From the NCBI GenBank assembly GCA_918797485.1, contig CAKKNE010000002.1:2914001-2978000 (forward strand): a stretch of DNA of 64,000 nt, read 5' to 3'. This document shows positions 1 through 11,326 of the stretch, in pieces (the stretch's first letter is position 1; every line of letters starts with the position of its first letter). Origin of the DNA: Pelagomonas calceolata. Lineage: Eukaryota. The notes below the pieces were generated by a model. It saw only the letters and a program-made list of their open reading frames with translations, searched no databases and was not told where the DNA came from. Made by a program: the position numbers and the translations under genes.

Positions 1-497
1 TTTGTGAGCGGGTGCGCGCTTCCGAGCACGCGCCGCGCGATCGGAGCCGTGTCCTCGAGCGTCGTCACGCTCTCACGAAGATCGTCGAGCGTGGCGCTGG
101 GGTCATTGTAGAGCGCGTTCGCATAGACCGCGCTCATCCTGAGCGTCATATCATAATTATTATTTCCGAGAACGCGTCGCGCCACGGGCGTCATTTTGCG
201 TAGTAGGGACTTGGCTTCTTCGAAGCGGTTTACTTGAATCAGCATCGACGAGTAGTTAAATGCTGCCGTAATGGTTTCAACATGTGCTTCGCCATAAAGC
301 TCCAAACGGCGTGAGTATACGTCCTGCCGGATGCGTATGCCATCTTCAAGCCGACCGATATCCTCATACGCAGTCGCAAGATTGCTCTGACTCATGAGTA
401 TGCTTGCTTCTGCTACGCCAATTCGCCGGTAAATAGACAACTGGGCCTCTTTCACGGGCAACGCGTCCTCGTGGTGGCCTGCTTCGGTCAATACGTG
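1..497 (-). pseudogene. 5'-truncated TPR-like (kinesin light chain/TPR_10-12 type) repeat protein fragment; runs off the window edge
   Basis: Manual minus-strand translation: ...AGHHEDALPVKEAQLSIYRRIGVAEASILMSQSNLATAYEDIGRLEDGIRIRQDVYSRRLELYGEAHVETITAAFNY...RFEEAKSLLRK...ATLDDLRESVTTLEDTAPIARRVLGSAHPLT. An in-frame TAA lies at 498-500 and there is no ATG at the 5' end of the TPR-like stretch. Confidence 0.7.
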
Positions 498-1235
498 TTA
501 AGCGAGAAGCCGCTCGCCCCCAGCGTCGCCGTCGCGACGAAGACAATCGACGCAGCGAAGGAGGCCAACGCCCTCGGCCGTTGGGGCGTGGCCGAGAACT
601 ACCGCTTCGAGCCGGCCGTGGAACGACTGGCTTCTGCAGACATCGGCACCGTCCGATCGGTTCGACTGAGCGTCGGCGCGCCGATTACTGAAGGAAATCC
701 CTACGCGCAAACGGCCTGGCGGCAGTCACCAGATCATGTCGGCGCTTACTTCGGCGACGCCGGCCCGCACTACGTCGCCGCTTTGCGCGCGGCCGTCGGT
801 TCCGCCCCAAGAGGCGTCCGCGCCCTGGCCACGCAAGGCTCACAAGTCGTGCCCGCGCCGGACGCCGTCGCGGCTGTCATGACGTTCCCGGGCGACGTCT
901 TGGGAACGCTCCATTGTTCATTCCACCCCAAGGCTCCGAAGAGATTCGAGTTGGTCGTCGACGGCGACAAGGGCACGGCGTCGATGATTCGCACGGAAGC
1001 CGTGGGAACCGGCATTTTCGGCTACTCCGTCGACGTCAACAACGGCGAGCATTCGTTCTGTCCCTTCTCGGGCGTGCCTCGCGAGCTCTCGGCTTTCATT
1101 ACAGCCGTCCGCAAGGGCGGCCCGGTCCCGCGCGCTTTATCGGCGACGGAGGCGCTCGTCGACCTGAAGGTCGTGGAAGCGATCTGCGACGCGGCGGCCG
1201 CGAAGTCGGCCGCGGGAACGCGCGTCGCTGCCTAG
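490..1235 (+). pseudogene. Gfo/Idh/MocA oxidoreductase, C-terminal part only (N-terminal Rossmann domain missing)
   Basis: VLSEKP motif at the very start of the ORF, then AENYRFEP, WR...G...D.GPH and the C-terminal beta-sheet domain. No GxG NAD-binding N-terminus and no ATG near the start. Confidence 0.7.
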
Positions 1236-1275
1236 AGGATTAAGTGTACATATACGAGTCTCGAGTCTTACGCTT

Positions 1276-1298
1276 GCTAGTGTCTTACTGGATTTAGC
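1276..1298 (-). promoter_or_regulatory. Intergenic palindrome-like motif copy 1
   Basis: Reverse complement is GCTAAATCCAGTAAGACACTAGC; 130 bp before the ATG at 1428. Confidence 0.6.
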
Positions 1299-1427
1299 TG
1301 CGATTTTGTGATGACGTTTTGCAAGTGCGCTCGCGGTCAATCGTTGCCATCGTTGTGCAGCGATAGCGACGTGCCTCCCAGCACTTGTCCCGCTAAGTTG
1401 CACAAGCAGGGAGCATCGCTGCTGCAC

Positions 1428-2375
1428 ATGGTACGCCTATTGCTGCCCTCAATCGCAATGGCGCTTGCTGCACCACCCAGCGGACCTGCAAAGCACACCC
1501 TGAAAAAGCTCGTCGCATTCGATCTCGACGGTACGCTGTTGAATCCGGAGCACCGCCTCACGCAGCCGACGCTGGACAAATTGCGAGAGCTCGACGGTCT
1601 CGGCGTGAGCATCGTATTTGCTACCGGGAGGTCAGCACCCGCGGTGTACGAGCATGTTGCGGCGCTCGGGATCCAATCAACACTGCCATGCGTGCTGTAC
1701 AACGGCGCGGTCTGCTACGCGTTTCCTCAACCATGCGATAGCGCAAAGGACGCCGCTGCACGAAAGGAGGAACTCTTTTCGTTAGGCATCGACCTCGCCG
1801 ACGCGGCTGAGGTGTGCGCATTTGCGGCAGAGCGGGGGTTGCTGGTGCAGTATTACGTGGGCGATCACATCTACGTCCGGCCGACGTGCGACGAACATAG
1901 AGATCTGGTACGGCGATATCATGAGTTGACCGGCGCTTCTCACACGAGCGTCGAAGAATATCCTCTCACCGAGAGCCCAGCAAAAATGCTCCTCATGACG
2001 GACGATCCCGACGGCGTCCTGAGCACTGTGCGCGAGGCCCAGGCCTCAGGAGCCTTGCCGAGTGGGCTCGCGTCGATCCGCGGCTCGCCGCCGTTCTTCG
2101 TCGAGATGCTTGGACAGGGCGTCTACAAGGGCTCGGGCCTCGCTAAGTTATGCGAGCGGCGCGGCGTCGCCATGGCGGACGTCGTAGCCTTCGGCGATGG
2201 AGAAAATGACGTAGAGTTCGTACGCGACGCGGGCCTCGGCGTCGCAATGAAAAATGGAAGGGACGCCGTCAAACAGGTTGCCGGCCGCGTAACTGCACGG
2301 ACGAACGCCGAGGACGGCGTCGCCCACGAACTCTCGATGTTGCAGGCGGAGGGCGTCCTCCCCCAAAGAAACTAA
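1428..2375 (+). CDS. Cof-type HAD superfamily hydrolase (subfamily IIB) with an N-terminal targeting-like peptide
   Basis: FDLDGTLL, ATGR, YNGA, KGSGL, AFGDGENDVEF..AGLGVAMKN, NAEDGVA motifs. Start taken at the ATG at 1428. Confidence 0.9.
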   Translation: MVRLLLPSIAMALAAPPSGPAKHTLKKLVAFDLDGTLLNPEHRLTQPTLDKLRELDGLGVSIVFATGRSAPAVYEHVAALGIQSTLPCVLYNGAVCYAFPQPCDSAKDAAARKEELFSLGIDLADAAEVCAFAAERGLLVQYYVGDHIYVRPTCDEHRDLVRRYHELTGASHTSVEEYPLTESPAKMLLMTDDPDGVLSTVREAQASGALPSGLASIRGSPPFFVEMLGQGVYKGSGLAKLCERRGVAMADVVAFGDGENDVEFVRDAGLGVAMKNGRDAVKQVAGRVTARTNAEDGVAHELSMLQAEGVLPQRN

Positions 2376-2394
2376 GTCTATCACATGTTGTCAC

Positions 2395-5300
2395 TTATTT
2401 CATCGGGTGGCTCTTCTTGGAGGAGGAAAACCACGAACCCTTCGGCTTCGGCGGCGCTTCAGCGGGCGCCTGCGTCGGCGACGCGGACCGCGCCAGGTCG
2501 GCCGTCGAGACGCGCTGCTGCCGAGCCGACATGCGGAGGTCCTCGATCTCGGCGGCAGACGTCGCGACAGCCATCTTTGCCTCGCAGAGCGCGTCCTTGA
2601 GGTCCTCGATCTCGTGGTTCGCCGCGGCCAGCTCGCGCTCCTGCTGCTTCACGCGCTCGACCGTGTCGGTGTCGACCTCGCCCCGCCTACTATTCACGGA
2701 CGCCCGCAGGGCATCCAGCTTGCGCTCCCGCGCCGTCAAGTCCTGGGCTCTACGTTCCGCCGCGTCGGCCCGGTCTTCGGCCACCCGTAATCTATCTCTC
2801 AGATCCGCGTCGCCACCAGCTTGAGCTAGCTGATCAGCCAACGTCACCGCGTCCGCATCGGCCTGGTCCGCGCGTTGCGTTTCCTCTTCCAACCTTTTCC
2901 TGAGAGCGGCCACTTCGCCGGACCCGAACTCTATCGCCTTGAGGCGCTTCAACTCATCGCTCTTCGATTGAAGCTCCCTTTCCAACTGAGAAAGCCGTCG
3001 CTTCGTAGGACCGTTGGAATCATCTGAGGACGGCGCCGCGTCCAATTCCCTCCTTAATCTAGCCTCCGACGCCCGCAGCCGCTCCACTTCCTCCCGCAAC
3101 CCACCGCCCGCGTCGAGCTCGGAGACGAGCTGCCGTTCTCGGTCGTCCCGCCTCCTAGCCTCGCGCGACGCCTCCGCCGTGGCGTTCGCTAGTTTGGCCA
3201 CGAGCGAATCCCGCTCCGTGCTCAACTCGTGGGTCAGGTCCTGCGCCTTGCGGGCCTTCTCCCTTGCCTCTTTCAGCATGCGCGAGTCGTCGGACGTGCC
3301 CCGCCGCAGATCATCCGCCTCGGCGCGCGCCTCCCTTTCGGCATCGCGCGCGTCGTCGACGGCCCGCCGCAGCCGCAACGCCTCCTGCTCGAGGTCGTCG
3401 TTCTTCCTTGCTAAGTCTCGTTCCGCTTGGATCCGTTCCGTCGCCTCCCTTCTCAATCGAGCGCTCTCGTCTCTATCAACACCTCGAGCCTCGTCTCGTA
3501 GCCGTTCTACTTCCCTACTCAGATCTCTCTCTGTCGCCTTCCGCTGGGCCAGCTCGCGCTGCAAATGCTCGGTCCTAGCCTCCAAGTCTTCGACAGACGC
3601 CGCCGCGGCTCTGAGTCGATCGACCTCGACCTCGAGCTCTTTGGCCGCGAGCTCCGCGGATAATGCTCTATCATTAGATTCGCTTTCCTTCGAAGATCTC
3701 TCTTTAAGTAACGAAGCGTGCTCGCCGCGCAGCCGCTGGACCTCGACCTCCAGCGCGGCGCGGTCCGCCGCCGCGACGCGCAACCGTCCGATTTCGCCCT
3801 CTAGTTTTTTAAGGTGCTGTTCCCTTTCGACCGTTTCATTGATGTGGCGCTCCTTATCAGCCGCTCGCGCCGCCGACGCATCCCTCAATGAACGAGCCTG
3901 CTGCCGCAAGGCCTCGACATCACTTCTCAACCGATCTATTTCAACTTCAGACTCCTTCTTCGACAGCTCATTTTCTTTGATCGTAGCCGCTAAAGCCTCC
4001 TCCCTTGCCGCGGCGTCGGTCAAGGCGACCCTATTCTGCTGCCGCAAGTCATCTAAGTCTTGCCTCAGAGCTTGGACCTCCTCGGCCTCCCCTACCACTC
4101 CCGACGACCGTCTTCGCTTGACCTCATCCCTCAAATCCCTTAGTTCCTCTTGGGACGCTACTCTATCATAGGCCTGGCCGCTCCGCTCCAGAGCGGCATC
4201 CGTAGCTCTATGTAAAGCTCTTTCTGCTTGCCTCAAGCGTTGCTCGAGGTCGGAAGGCGCCCTTTTCTGAACGCAACATTTCTTGTGCTTGAATGGCGTC
4301 CCTTCTACTTGTCTCGAGGTCGTCTTCGAGTTTGAGGGTTTGCATGTCCCGCGAGAGACTCGGCCGGGGCCGCGTCGCCAGGCGCTCTAGTTCAATCTGG
4401 GCCGCGTCGGCGCGCTTCCTTTGAGAATCGACGTCCGCTTCCAGAGCTTTGCACTTGGCCTCCAGACGGTCTGTTTCTATTTTAGTGAGCTGCGTGCTTC
4501 GCAACGCGTCGTCATCCCTACGCCGCTGCGCGTCCCGTCGCGCACTTTCGAGCTCCCTTTTTAGTGCATTGACCTCGCCGTCGCGCGACCCTCTGCCCGC
4601 TAAGTCAGCCTCAAATTCGTCCGCGCGCTGGCGCTGCCGGTCTCGCTCGTCCGCGACGGTTCTCAACCTAGAGTCCAGGTCGCGGCAGCGCTGTTCAGCA
4701 GTGTCCGCTCTGGAACGTAATAGCGTCGTATCCCGCTCGCGCTCCCTCTGCAAATCCTCATTTGACTCCTTTTGCGACCGCAACGCGTCGTTGTCATTCC
4801 GCGCGGCATTTAATTTTTGCTGGAGGTCCTTCACTGTTCTTTCCGCGTCGTCCAGGCGGGACACGAGGCCGCCGCTCGCGTCGGCGCCGGCGTCGCGCGC
4901 CCTTTCTGCTTCCCGTACCCGCCTCCTAGCCTCTGTCACTTCTTCCTTCTGGCGCTGCAGCTCCAACTGTAGGGCCGCCCGTTCCCGCGCCGCGTCGGCC
5001 AGACTTTCATCTCTATGACGCCGCGTTTCCACCAGAGAGGCTTCTAAAGCAGCCACGTCGTGACCATTATTGTCGAAGCCGTTCGTGCCAACAGACTGGG
5101 GCGAGCCCAGCCCGCGCGCGGCGTGCAATTCCCGCTTGTAGGTGCGCGCCGCCTTCCTCGCTTTATCAAAGCGCTCCCTCAAAGCTTCCGACGTCGCGCG
5201 CCAGGCCGCGGCGTCGTCGCGCGCCGCGGCGACTCTCTCGGCGGCCGCTCTTAATTCGGCGTCCGAGTGGGCTGCGGCCTCGCCCGCCCGTCGGGCGAAG

Positions 5301-5530
5301 ACCGTCTGCTGACGCCGTTCGTCTTCTAGGGCTCTTTTGAGCTGGAGCACGTCTCGCGCCGTGGCCTCGAGCGTCTCTCGATCATCCCGCGCTTCGGCTA
5401 AGCCGCCCTCCAGGATGTGGATGCGTTTCTCGGCGGCCGCTAACGCGTACGCGCGCGCCTCGGCGAGGGCTTCGGCCTCGCTCGTCGCGTTCCAGGCTAA
5501 TTCCAGTTCGGCCTTGAGGCGGGCCGTCAT
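2395..5530 (-). CDS. Long coiled-coil protein interrupted by a 1-nt frameshift near 4255-4265
   Basis: ORFs 4208-5530 and 2395-4236 are both E/R/A/L-rich heptad sequence. The downstream frame (SDLEQRLRQAERALH) is open across the junction. Confidence 0.7.
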
Positions 5531-5713
5531 TATCTTGTTTTTTGCTCGCGCTCAGCACTGTTCCTTTGACCCAGACTGTTTCCCGCTCCTTGACCCGAAG
5601 CGCTGGGCTCTCTCGCTTCCGAGCGGATCAGAGCCACTGCAGCTGCACCTTTCCGGCTCCCACTCTGTGAACGGTCGGCTATATCGGCCAATCCTGCTTT
5701 TTGATGATACTGA

Positions 5714-5737
5714 GCTAGCGGACTGTAAGACACTAGC
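5714..5737 (+). promoter_or_regulatory. Intergenic palindrome-like motif copy 2 (divergent promoter)
   Basis: GCTAGCGGACTGTAAGACACTAGC between the starts at 5530(-) and 5895(+). Confidence 0.7.
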
Positions 5738-5894
5738 CAGCAGCCTTTTTTGGATGCGTTGGCGGCCATACGCAGCCTTGTGCGAGCAAACGGCTGTGTA
5801 GCATCAATTCGAGTCATTATTGACGGCGGCGACCGCCCAGCGCAGCTGCAGGCGCACTCAGTGAGCGAGCCTCTGAGAGCTAGGCAGCCAAAAC

Positions 5895-6482
5895 ATGCCC
5901 GCGACGAACGCCGTCCTCCACGATAAGCGTTATTCGGCGGACGGCATCTTCTGCGAGCCGCCGAAGAAGCTCGAGACCGCCGCCGCGGCGGCCCCCGCGC
6001 AGAACTCGCAGAGTCAATGGAACACGAACGACTACCACTGGGAGGAGCGCGACGCCACGGACTTCGCGCGCCAGGCTATTTCTGATCGACTGCTCGGAGA
6101 CAGAACGATCTGGAGCGACGCGAACGGAAATATTCTGGAAATCACGGCCGTCGAATTGACCGGCGACGCGGCGTCGAACGTGCGGAAGGGCAAGCGCATC
6201 CTCACCTACTCCCTTAAATTAAAGGTGACGTGCGAGGGCTGCCGTAATGGGGCGAGATTGCGCGGCGTCTTGGAATCTGTTGAGTTCTGCCACGACGACG
6301 ACGCGAGGGAGGTCGTCGTAAACCTGGCCACGGAGCCGATGGAATCAGACGCGGGCGTGGAAGTCAATAGGGCCATGAAGGCCCACGAGATGTTCGCGCG
6401 GGTCTTGAAGAAGAAGGCGCTGCCGCTCGTCGAAGGAGGAGGCGCCTGGCTGCGGGACCACCTCGCGGAGCACCGGGGGTAA
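5895..6482 (+). CDS. Activator of Hsp90 ATPase (Aha1) N-terminal domain protein
   Basis: WNTNDYHWEERD resembles the NxNNWHWxEK motif; NVRKGKRILTY is the RKGK motif. No C-terminal Aha1 domain. Confidence 0.8.
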   Translation: MPATNAVLHDKRYSADGIFCEPPKKLETAAAAAPAQNSQSQWNTNDYHWEERDATDFARQAISDRLLGDRTIWSDANGNILEITAVELTGDAASNVRKGKRILTYSLKLKVTCEGCRNGARLRGVLESVEFCHDDDAREVVVNLATEPMESDAGVEVNRAMKAHEMFARVLKKKALPLVEGGGAWLRDHLAEHRG

Positions 6483-6539
6483 GAATAACTGTGTTTTACG
6501 ACGTCGTGCACCCGCACGAGGGCATGCGCGCAAGTCATC

Positions 6540-6563
6540 GCTAGCGGCCTGTAAGACACTAGC
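6540..6563 (+). promoter_or_regulatory. Intergenic palindrome-like motif copy 3
   Basis: GCTAGCGGCCTGTAAGACACTAGC; 120 bp before the ATG at 6683. Confidence 0.7.
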
Positions 6564-6682
6564 AAGCTCAAGCATCTCCTGGCCCGTGCTGAAAAGGCTG
6601 CCCCGCGGGGCGCATAGACGTGGTCCGCCGTACCAACGCACGGGCGCATTGCATATTCCACCATAGCAACTACTCCCACAGG

Positions 6683-8500
6683 ATGGACGCGCAGCAGCGC
6701 AGGGACGCCTCGCTCTCCATGCTGGAGAATGCCATCATCCTGCTCGAGGGCCAAGAACTGGGAGGGGAGCGCACACGACTAAATGAAGCAAGGGAGCGCC
6801 TCGGCCGCCTCGTCGACGCCGCCGCCGCGCCAACACGCGACGACAACGACGACGCCGACTCGCCGCGCGCCGAGGCGCGGCCGGCGTTGGACACGAAGAC
6901 GTCGATGCGCAGACGGCAAAGGTCGGACCTGAGCCTCGCCCAGGGCGACAGCATCCACGTCGCGGCGAAACACGTCCCCTTCATGGTCCGGCCCGGATCT
7001 AGATACAGAATATGGTGGGACGTGACCACAGCAATCTTATTAGTATACGTGGCCATCGCGGAGCCGTTTGTCGTGGTCTTCGCGCCCGCCTTCGCGCAGG
7101 AGGCTAGTTACAAAGGCTGGGAGTGGTTCATGGACTCCTTTTTCGTATCTGATGTGCTCCTGAACTTCCGGACGGGGTATGTGGACGCGAACGGCGTCGA
7201 GGTCCTCGCGCCGAAGGAGTGCGCTCTGCACTACGCGAAGACGTGGTTCTGCCTCGATTTCGTGTCGTGCTTGCCGTTCTTCCTGCAGTTCTCGTCGGCC
7301 CGCGTGTCGGCCCTGCGCGCGGCCAAAATTTTGAAGCTGGGACGGGTCTTCAAGACCTTCAAGGTTTTCAGGCTGGACAACTTCACGGACAGCGAATGGA
7401 TCGAAGACTTGATCCATGGCGTGAAAGCACGAGTCGCGGGGAAGGTCGCCAAATTAGTGCTATTGACGGGCTTACTCTCACATTACATGGCCTGCGCCAT
7501 GTATTTAAGTGGAGAAGGCTATTTACAAAACTACTGGGACAAGGAGTGCGACAAAACTGTATGTGATTGGCGCGGCGCGAAGGAGTGGCCCGCGCGGCGC
7601 AAGTACCTAGTCTGCTTCTACTGGTCCATCACGACCATTTCAAGTGTGGGCTACGGCGACATCCTGCCGCGGTCGGACCACGAGCGCGTCTTCACGGTCT
7701 TCGCGATGCTCCTAGGAGGCGCTTTCTACGGCTACGTCATCGGAGAAACGGCAGCAATCGTCACGAAATTCGATGCCAATCACGCGGAACGCTTCCAGAA
7801 GCTCGACGCGATTCGCGCGTGGATGGACCACCACCACTTCCCGCGGGCATTGCGACGTAAAGTACGAAGATCCTACAAGATCTACTTCGCGAACCACATG
7901 GCCCTCGACGAGGGCGCCATCATCAGGGAGCTCGAGCCGCAGTTGCAGGAAGAAATAGCTGAGGTATTACTGCCGGCGGTGGTCCGTAATGTACCTTTGT
8001 TGCGAGGCTTACCGACGGGCGCAAAAGCGAAGTTCGTCAACGTGTTTCGGCGGATGCAGGTCGACCCCGACACGGCGATTGTTCGAGCCGGCGAACCTTC
8101 GAATGCGATGTTCGTCATCGTCTCCGGCAAGTGCTCCGTGTCGTCCGGTTCGAAGCACGGGGCCTTTCGGGCGGTGTCGGCCGGCCCGGGCGACGCCTTT
8201 GGGGAGCATGCACTATTAGGTTTGAGGCAGACTTCTAGAGTCACGGTGACGGCGCGGACGCCGTGTTTGCTCATCGTGTTCCCCGAGGACAAGTTCCGGC
8301 ACGAGTTTTCTGAATTACCGGAGGTCGTCGATCAACTCCGGGCCACTGCTAGAGAAATCCATTCGGACATCCTCCACCCGCCGTCCTCTCATTCTCTGGT
8401 GACAGAGCAGCGGTACACGATGAAGGGCACGCTCGGCGCGCTCGAGGAGATCCGGACGCCGGCGAACGCCAGTCGAAGTCTACCACCACCGTCGTCATAA
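6683..8500 (+). CDS. Cyclic-nucleotide-binding-domain voltage-gated K+ channel (KCNH/HCN/CNG-like)
   Basis: Six-TM pattern, LNFRTGY, WFCLDFVSCLPF, pore TISSVGYGD, C-linker and cNMP domain (GDAFGE..LL....R..TV.A). Confidence 0.9.
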   Translation: MDAQQRRDASLSMLENAIILLEGQELGGERTRLNEARERLGRLVDAAAAPTRDDNDDADSPRAEARPALDTKTSMRRRQRSDLSLAQGDSIHVAAKHVPFMVRPGSRYRIWWDVTTAILLVYVAIAEPFVVVFAPAFAQEASYKGWEWFMDSFFVSDVLLNFRTGYVDANGVEVLAPKECALHYAKTWFCLDFVSCLPFFLQFSSARVSALRAAKILKLGRVFKTFKVFRLDNFTDSEWIEDLIHGVKARVAGKVAKLVLLTGLLSHYMACAMYLSGEGYLQNYWDKECDKTVCDWRGAKEWPARRKYLVCFYWSITTISSVGYGDILPRSDHERVFTVFAMLLGGAFYGYVIGETAAIVTKFDANHAERFQKLDAIRAWMDHHHFPRALRRKVRRSYKIYFANHMALDEGAIIRELEPQLQEEIAEVLLPAVVRNVPLLRGLPTGAKAKFVNVFRRMQVDPDTAIVRAGEPSNAMFVIVSGKCSVSSGSKHGAFRAVSAGPGDAFGEHALLGLRQTSRVTVTARTPCLLIVFPEDKFRHEFSELPEVVDQLRATAREIHSDILHPPSSHSLVTEQRYTMKGTLGALEEIRTPANASRSLPPPSS

Positions 8501-8517
8501 TACTATATATGTGTGAG

Positions 8518-9446
8518 TTAGGCCACGAACGCGAGCAGCGCGACCGCCGCCGCGCCTACCGCAGGACTCATGCGGCCCGCCGCGTCCGACTCCGGCGCAG
8601 CCGTCGGTTCCATCGTCTGCGCCGTCGGCGCCTCCGTCGCGGCGGCGCGGGCCTCGAGGTCGGAGTTAAATTTCTTGAGCGCCGCGGTATTGATCTCGGG
8701 CAGATTACAGGTGTTGGCCACAGCCGCGAACGAGGCGTTGTGCAGGTCCGATCGCATCGCCAACGAGGCGAAACCAAAGGAGTCACCCCCATGCCCGCGC
8801 CAGTCTCCCGGCACGCCGTAATCGAAGAACCATGGGGCACGACGACCGTGAACCGGTAGGCGTCTATTTTCTTCCGATCTAATTTCGCGTTGCCCACGGG
8901 GCCGAACCCGGCGAGCCGCATGAACGGCGAGTTCGGGTCCGAGTCACCACATAAACCTAATTTGAGCGTCCTCCAGTCGCCCGACGTGTCGTCGAGGACA
9001 CCATCTAAAATACTGGCGTAGGTCTCCCTATCGGCAAAGCCCTGGACGCCGGCCGTCGCGCAGATGCGCGGTAGAGGAGCGTCCAAACCACATTCACTTG
9101 CGTCGCCGACGGCCATAACCAACCGCGCCACGCCTGGCCGCGCCGGCGCCTGGAGGATGCGGTACTCGAGTTTTAGATAGCTGGCCTCGGCGCAGGGGTA
9201 GTTTCCTTGTCCTAAGAGCCGGCCCGCGTAGGGAAAGCCCGAATACATCTCGAGGTGGTGCGAGCTGTAGTCGAGGCGGACGCCGTCGCTCGTTTCTGTG
9301 ACTTCCGTCGTCGACACGGGCGGGACTTGCGACGTCAGCGTGAACATGCCCTCCGTGGTGTTAAAGTCGTCGACGACGTGCGAGGTGGCGGCCGCGGCCC
9401 GCGCGGTCGCGGCGCAGAGCAGCGCGCGGATGATGCGGGGGCACAT
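8518..9446 (-). CDS. Secreted, probably GPI-anchored protein with a CBM11/CIA30-like beta-sandwich; 1-nt frameshift near 8835-8845
   Basis: Signal peptide; WRTLKL...F...GNAKLDRKKIDAYRF. The C-terminus lies in a second frame (APWFFDYGVPGDW...TEAPTAQTMEPTAAPESDAAGRMSPAVGAAAVALLAFVA), a PT-rich stalk plus GPI-like signal. Confidence 0.55.
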
Positions 9447-9785
9447 CGTCGATCCTCAGATCGGGGCAAGGGCGTCGAGCGTCTCGCCTCGGCGTCCTTG
9501 CAGACTTCCCTGAGAAGCTGGCCTCAGAGTTACCTTTGCAGGGCTCGTTCCTGAGCGGGGTTTCGCCGCCTGGCTCAGGTTGTGAGAATCATGTCCCGAT
9601 TGCCGTTTTTTTCGCGTGGCGCTGGCGGGTTAGCGACCGCCTGACTTTTAATCGGTAAAATGGCCTTGATCCTAAAAACTGATTCACGGGTTTTCCAGGC
9701 TGGTGATGCTCGTTACCCACATGAATGCATTTGAGGAAGCGTAACTAGTGTATTTTCTATCCCAGCACTCCCAGCTATCGTGCAG

Positions 9786-11159
9786 ATGCGGGTTCTGGCA
9801 GCGCTACTCGCGTGCAGCGCTTGCACCGGCTGGAGCCCACAGCTAGCGCTCAAGCACCGCGGCGCGCGCCGCGCCACCGATGCCCATCACAAGCACCCTA
9901 CAGCGCTACACGCCACCGATGCGGACTGGCAGGAATTCTGGGAGGATCTCGCCGCCAGACCCGAAATTCGTGACGCGTGGCGGCGCGCGCCGTGCGTGCT
10001 CAAAGGAATAGCGCCAGCCGACGCGCTCACGCTCGAGGCACTCACCCAAGCCGTCGACGCGGACCCGTCGACATTGGATGATGCGGCGCGCGTGGCCCAC
10101 GGCGCGAGCCAAGGGTGGACGAACGTCGCGCTCGACGACGACGCCCGACCGAGCCGACGGCTGCGCGCGTCGTCATCGAAGGCGAGCGTCCTTTTAAATC
10201 ATGGTGGCGTGGCGTTTCCGTCGCTACTCGGAGGCGCCTGCCGCGCGGCCTTGGACGCCTTCGAGCAGCCCGTAGGGTTGAATGTCTACTTGACCGGAGA
10301 GGATGTGGAGAAGGCTGCCCCAGCACACACGGACCGCCAGGAGGTCTTCGTGGTGCAGTGCGCCGGCGCGAAGCGGTGGCGCGTCTTCGCGTCAGCCTCG
10401 GCGTAGACATCAAATTTTCTAGGCCCCGCCTCGATGGCGTGGCGATTCTGATATTTCTCGCGCAGGCCGCCTCACCCACCGCTCAATCCGTCGGCGGACC
10501 CGTTTGCACGCGGCAAGGGCGACGACGTCCTGGACGAGCGTTCGATCGCGTGCATGCTCGACGTCGCGCTCGAGGAGCGGGATCTTCTGTACATCCCGGC
10601 GGGCTTCCCGCATTCAACAGCGACGGCGAATACGTCCTCGCTGCACCTCACGTTCGGGATGGCGCCGACGTCGAATTTTGGGTTGTCCCTCGACAGCCTG
10701 AGGATCGCGGCGCGCGGCCGGCGGACGGCCTACGACCCGCTGGACGACCCGGAAATGCTCCGCGAGGTCGCCGTCGAGATATATCGAGTGTTCGACGCGC
10801 CGCTGCCGCTCGGCCGCTTCCTTGGCGCTGATGGAGACTTCCGGGAGGCATGCCGGGGGCGCCTGCGGGAGGCGCTCGCGCTCGAAGGTCCGCTCACGAC
10901 GTTCCGAGCGAACTTGGAAGATCCAAGTGATGATGCTATCGATGCCGCCGCGGACCGCGTGCAAACGCACCACGCCGCGGTGCTGGACGAGATGCGCCGC
11001 GCCTACGCGCTGGGCGACGCGCGGCCGGCGTCGGCGCGCGTCGCCGACCACATCGACCGCCTTGGGGGGTTGGTGGACGCGCTCTGGAACCCGCAACTAG
11101 AAAAACTGCGGGCGAAGATCGCGTCCGCGACGGTGGTCGACCGGAGGCGGCCGGGCTAG
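9786..11159 (+). CDS. JmjC/Cupin_4 (RIOX/YcfD-like) 2-oxoglutarate oxygenase; exons 9786-10390 and 10466-11159
   Basis: NVYLT...AHTDRQEVFVVQCAGAKRWRV and LEERDLLYIPAGFPH (HxD...H). A GT..CGCAG intron at 10391-10465 restores the frame. Signal peptide present. Confidence 0.85.
10391..10465 (+). other. 75-nt spliceosomal intron (phase 2)
   Basis: GTCAGC...CTGAT...TTTCTCGCGCAG; contains an in-frame stop, and its removal joins the two JmjC halves. Confidence 0.8.
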
Positions 11160-11326
11160 GTAATATATCTGCGAGTTTAGTAGGAGAGGGACTTCAGCGG
11201 AAGGGGAGATCAGCTTTGGGTTCAGCGAGCGCTCGCGCGCTCCAGCTAGATGGGTACCAGCATGTACGCATCCGTGGGAAGTGAATTGTCAGACGGCGTC
11301 GCCGGCGTGGCCACCGACGCGAAGTG

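Noticed and set aside
9745..9751. CTAGTGT half-site upstream of the JmjC gene
   Set aside because: Only 7 bp match and no second arm; not counted as a motif copy.
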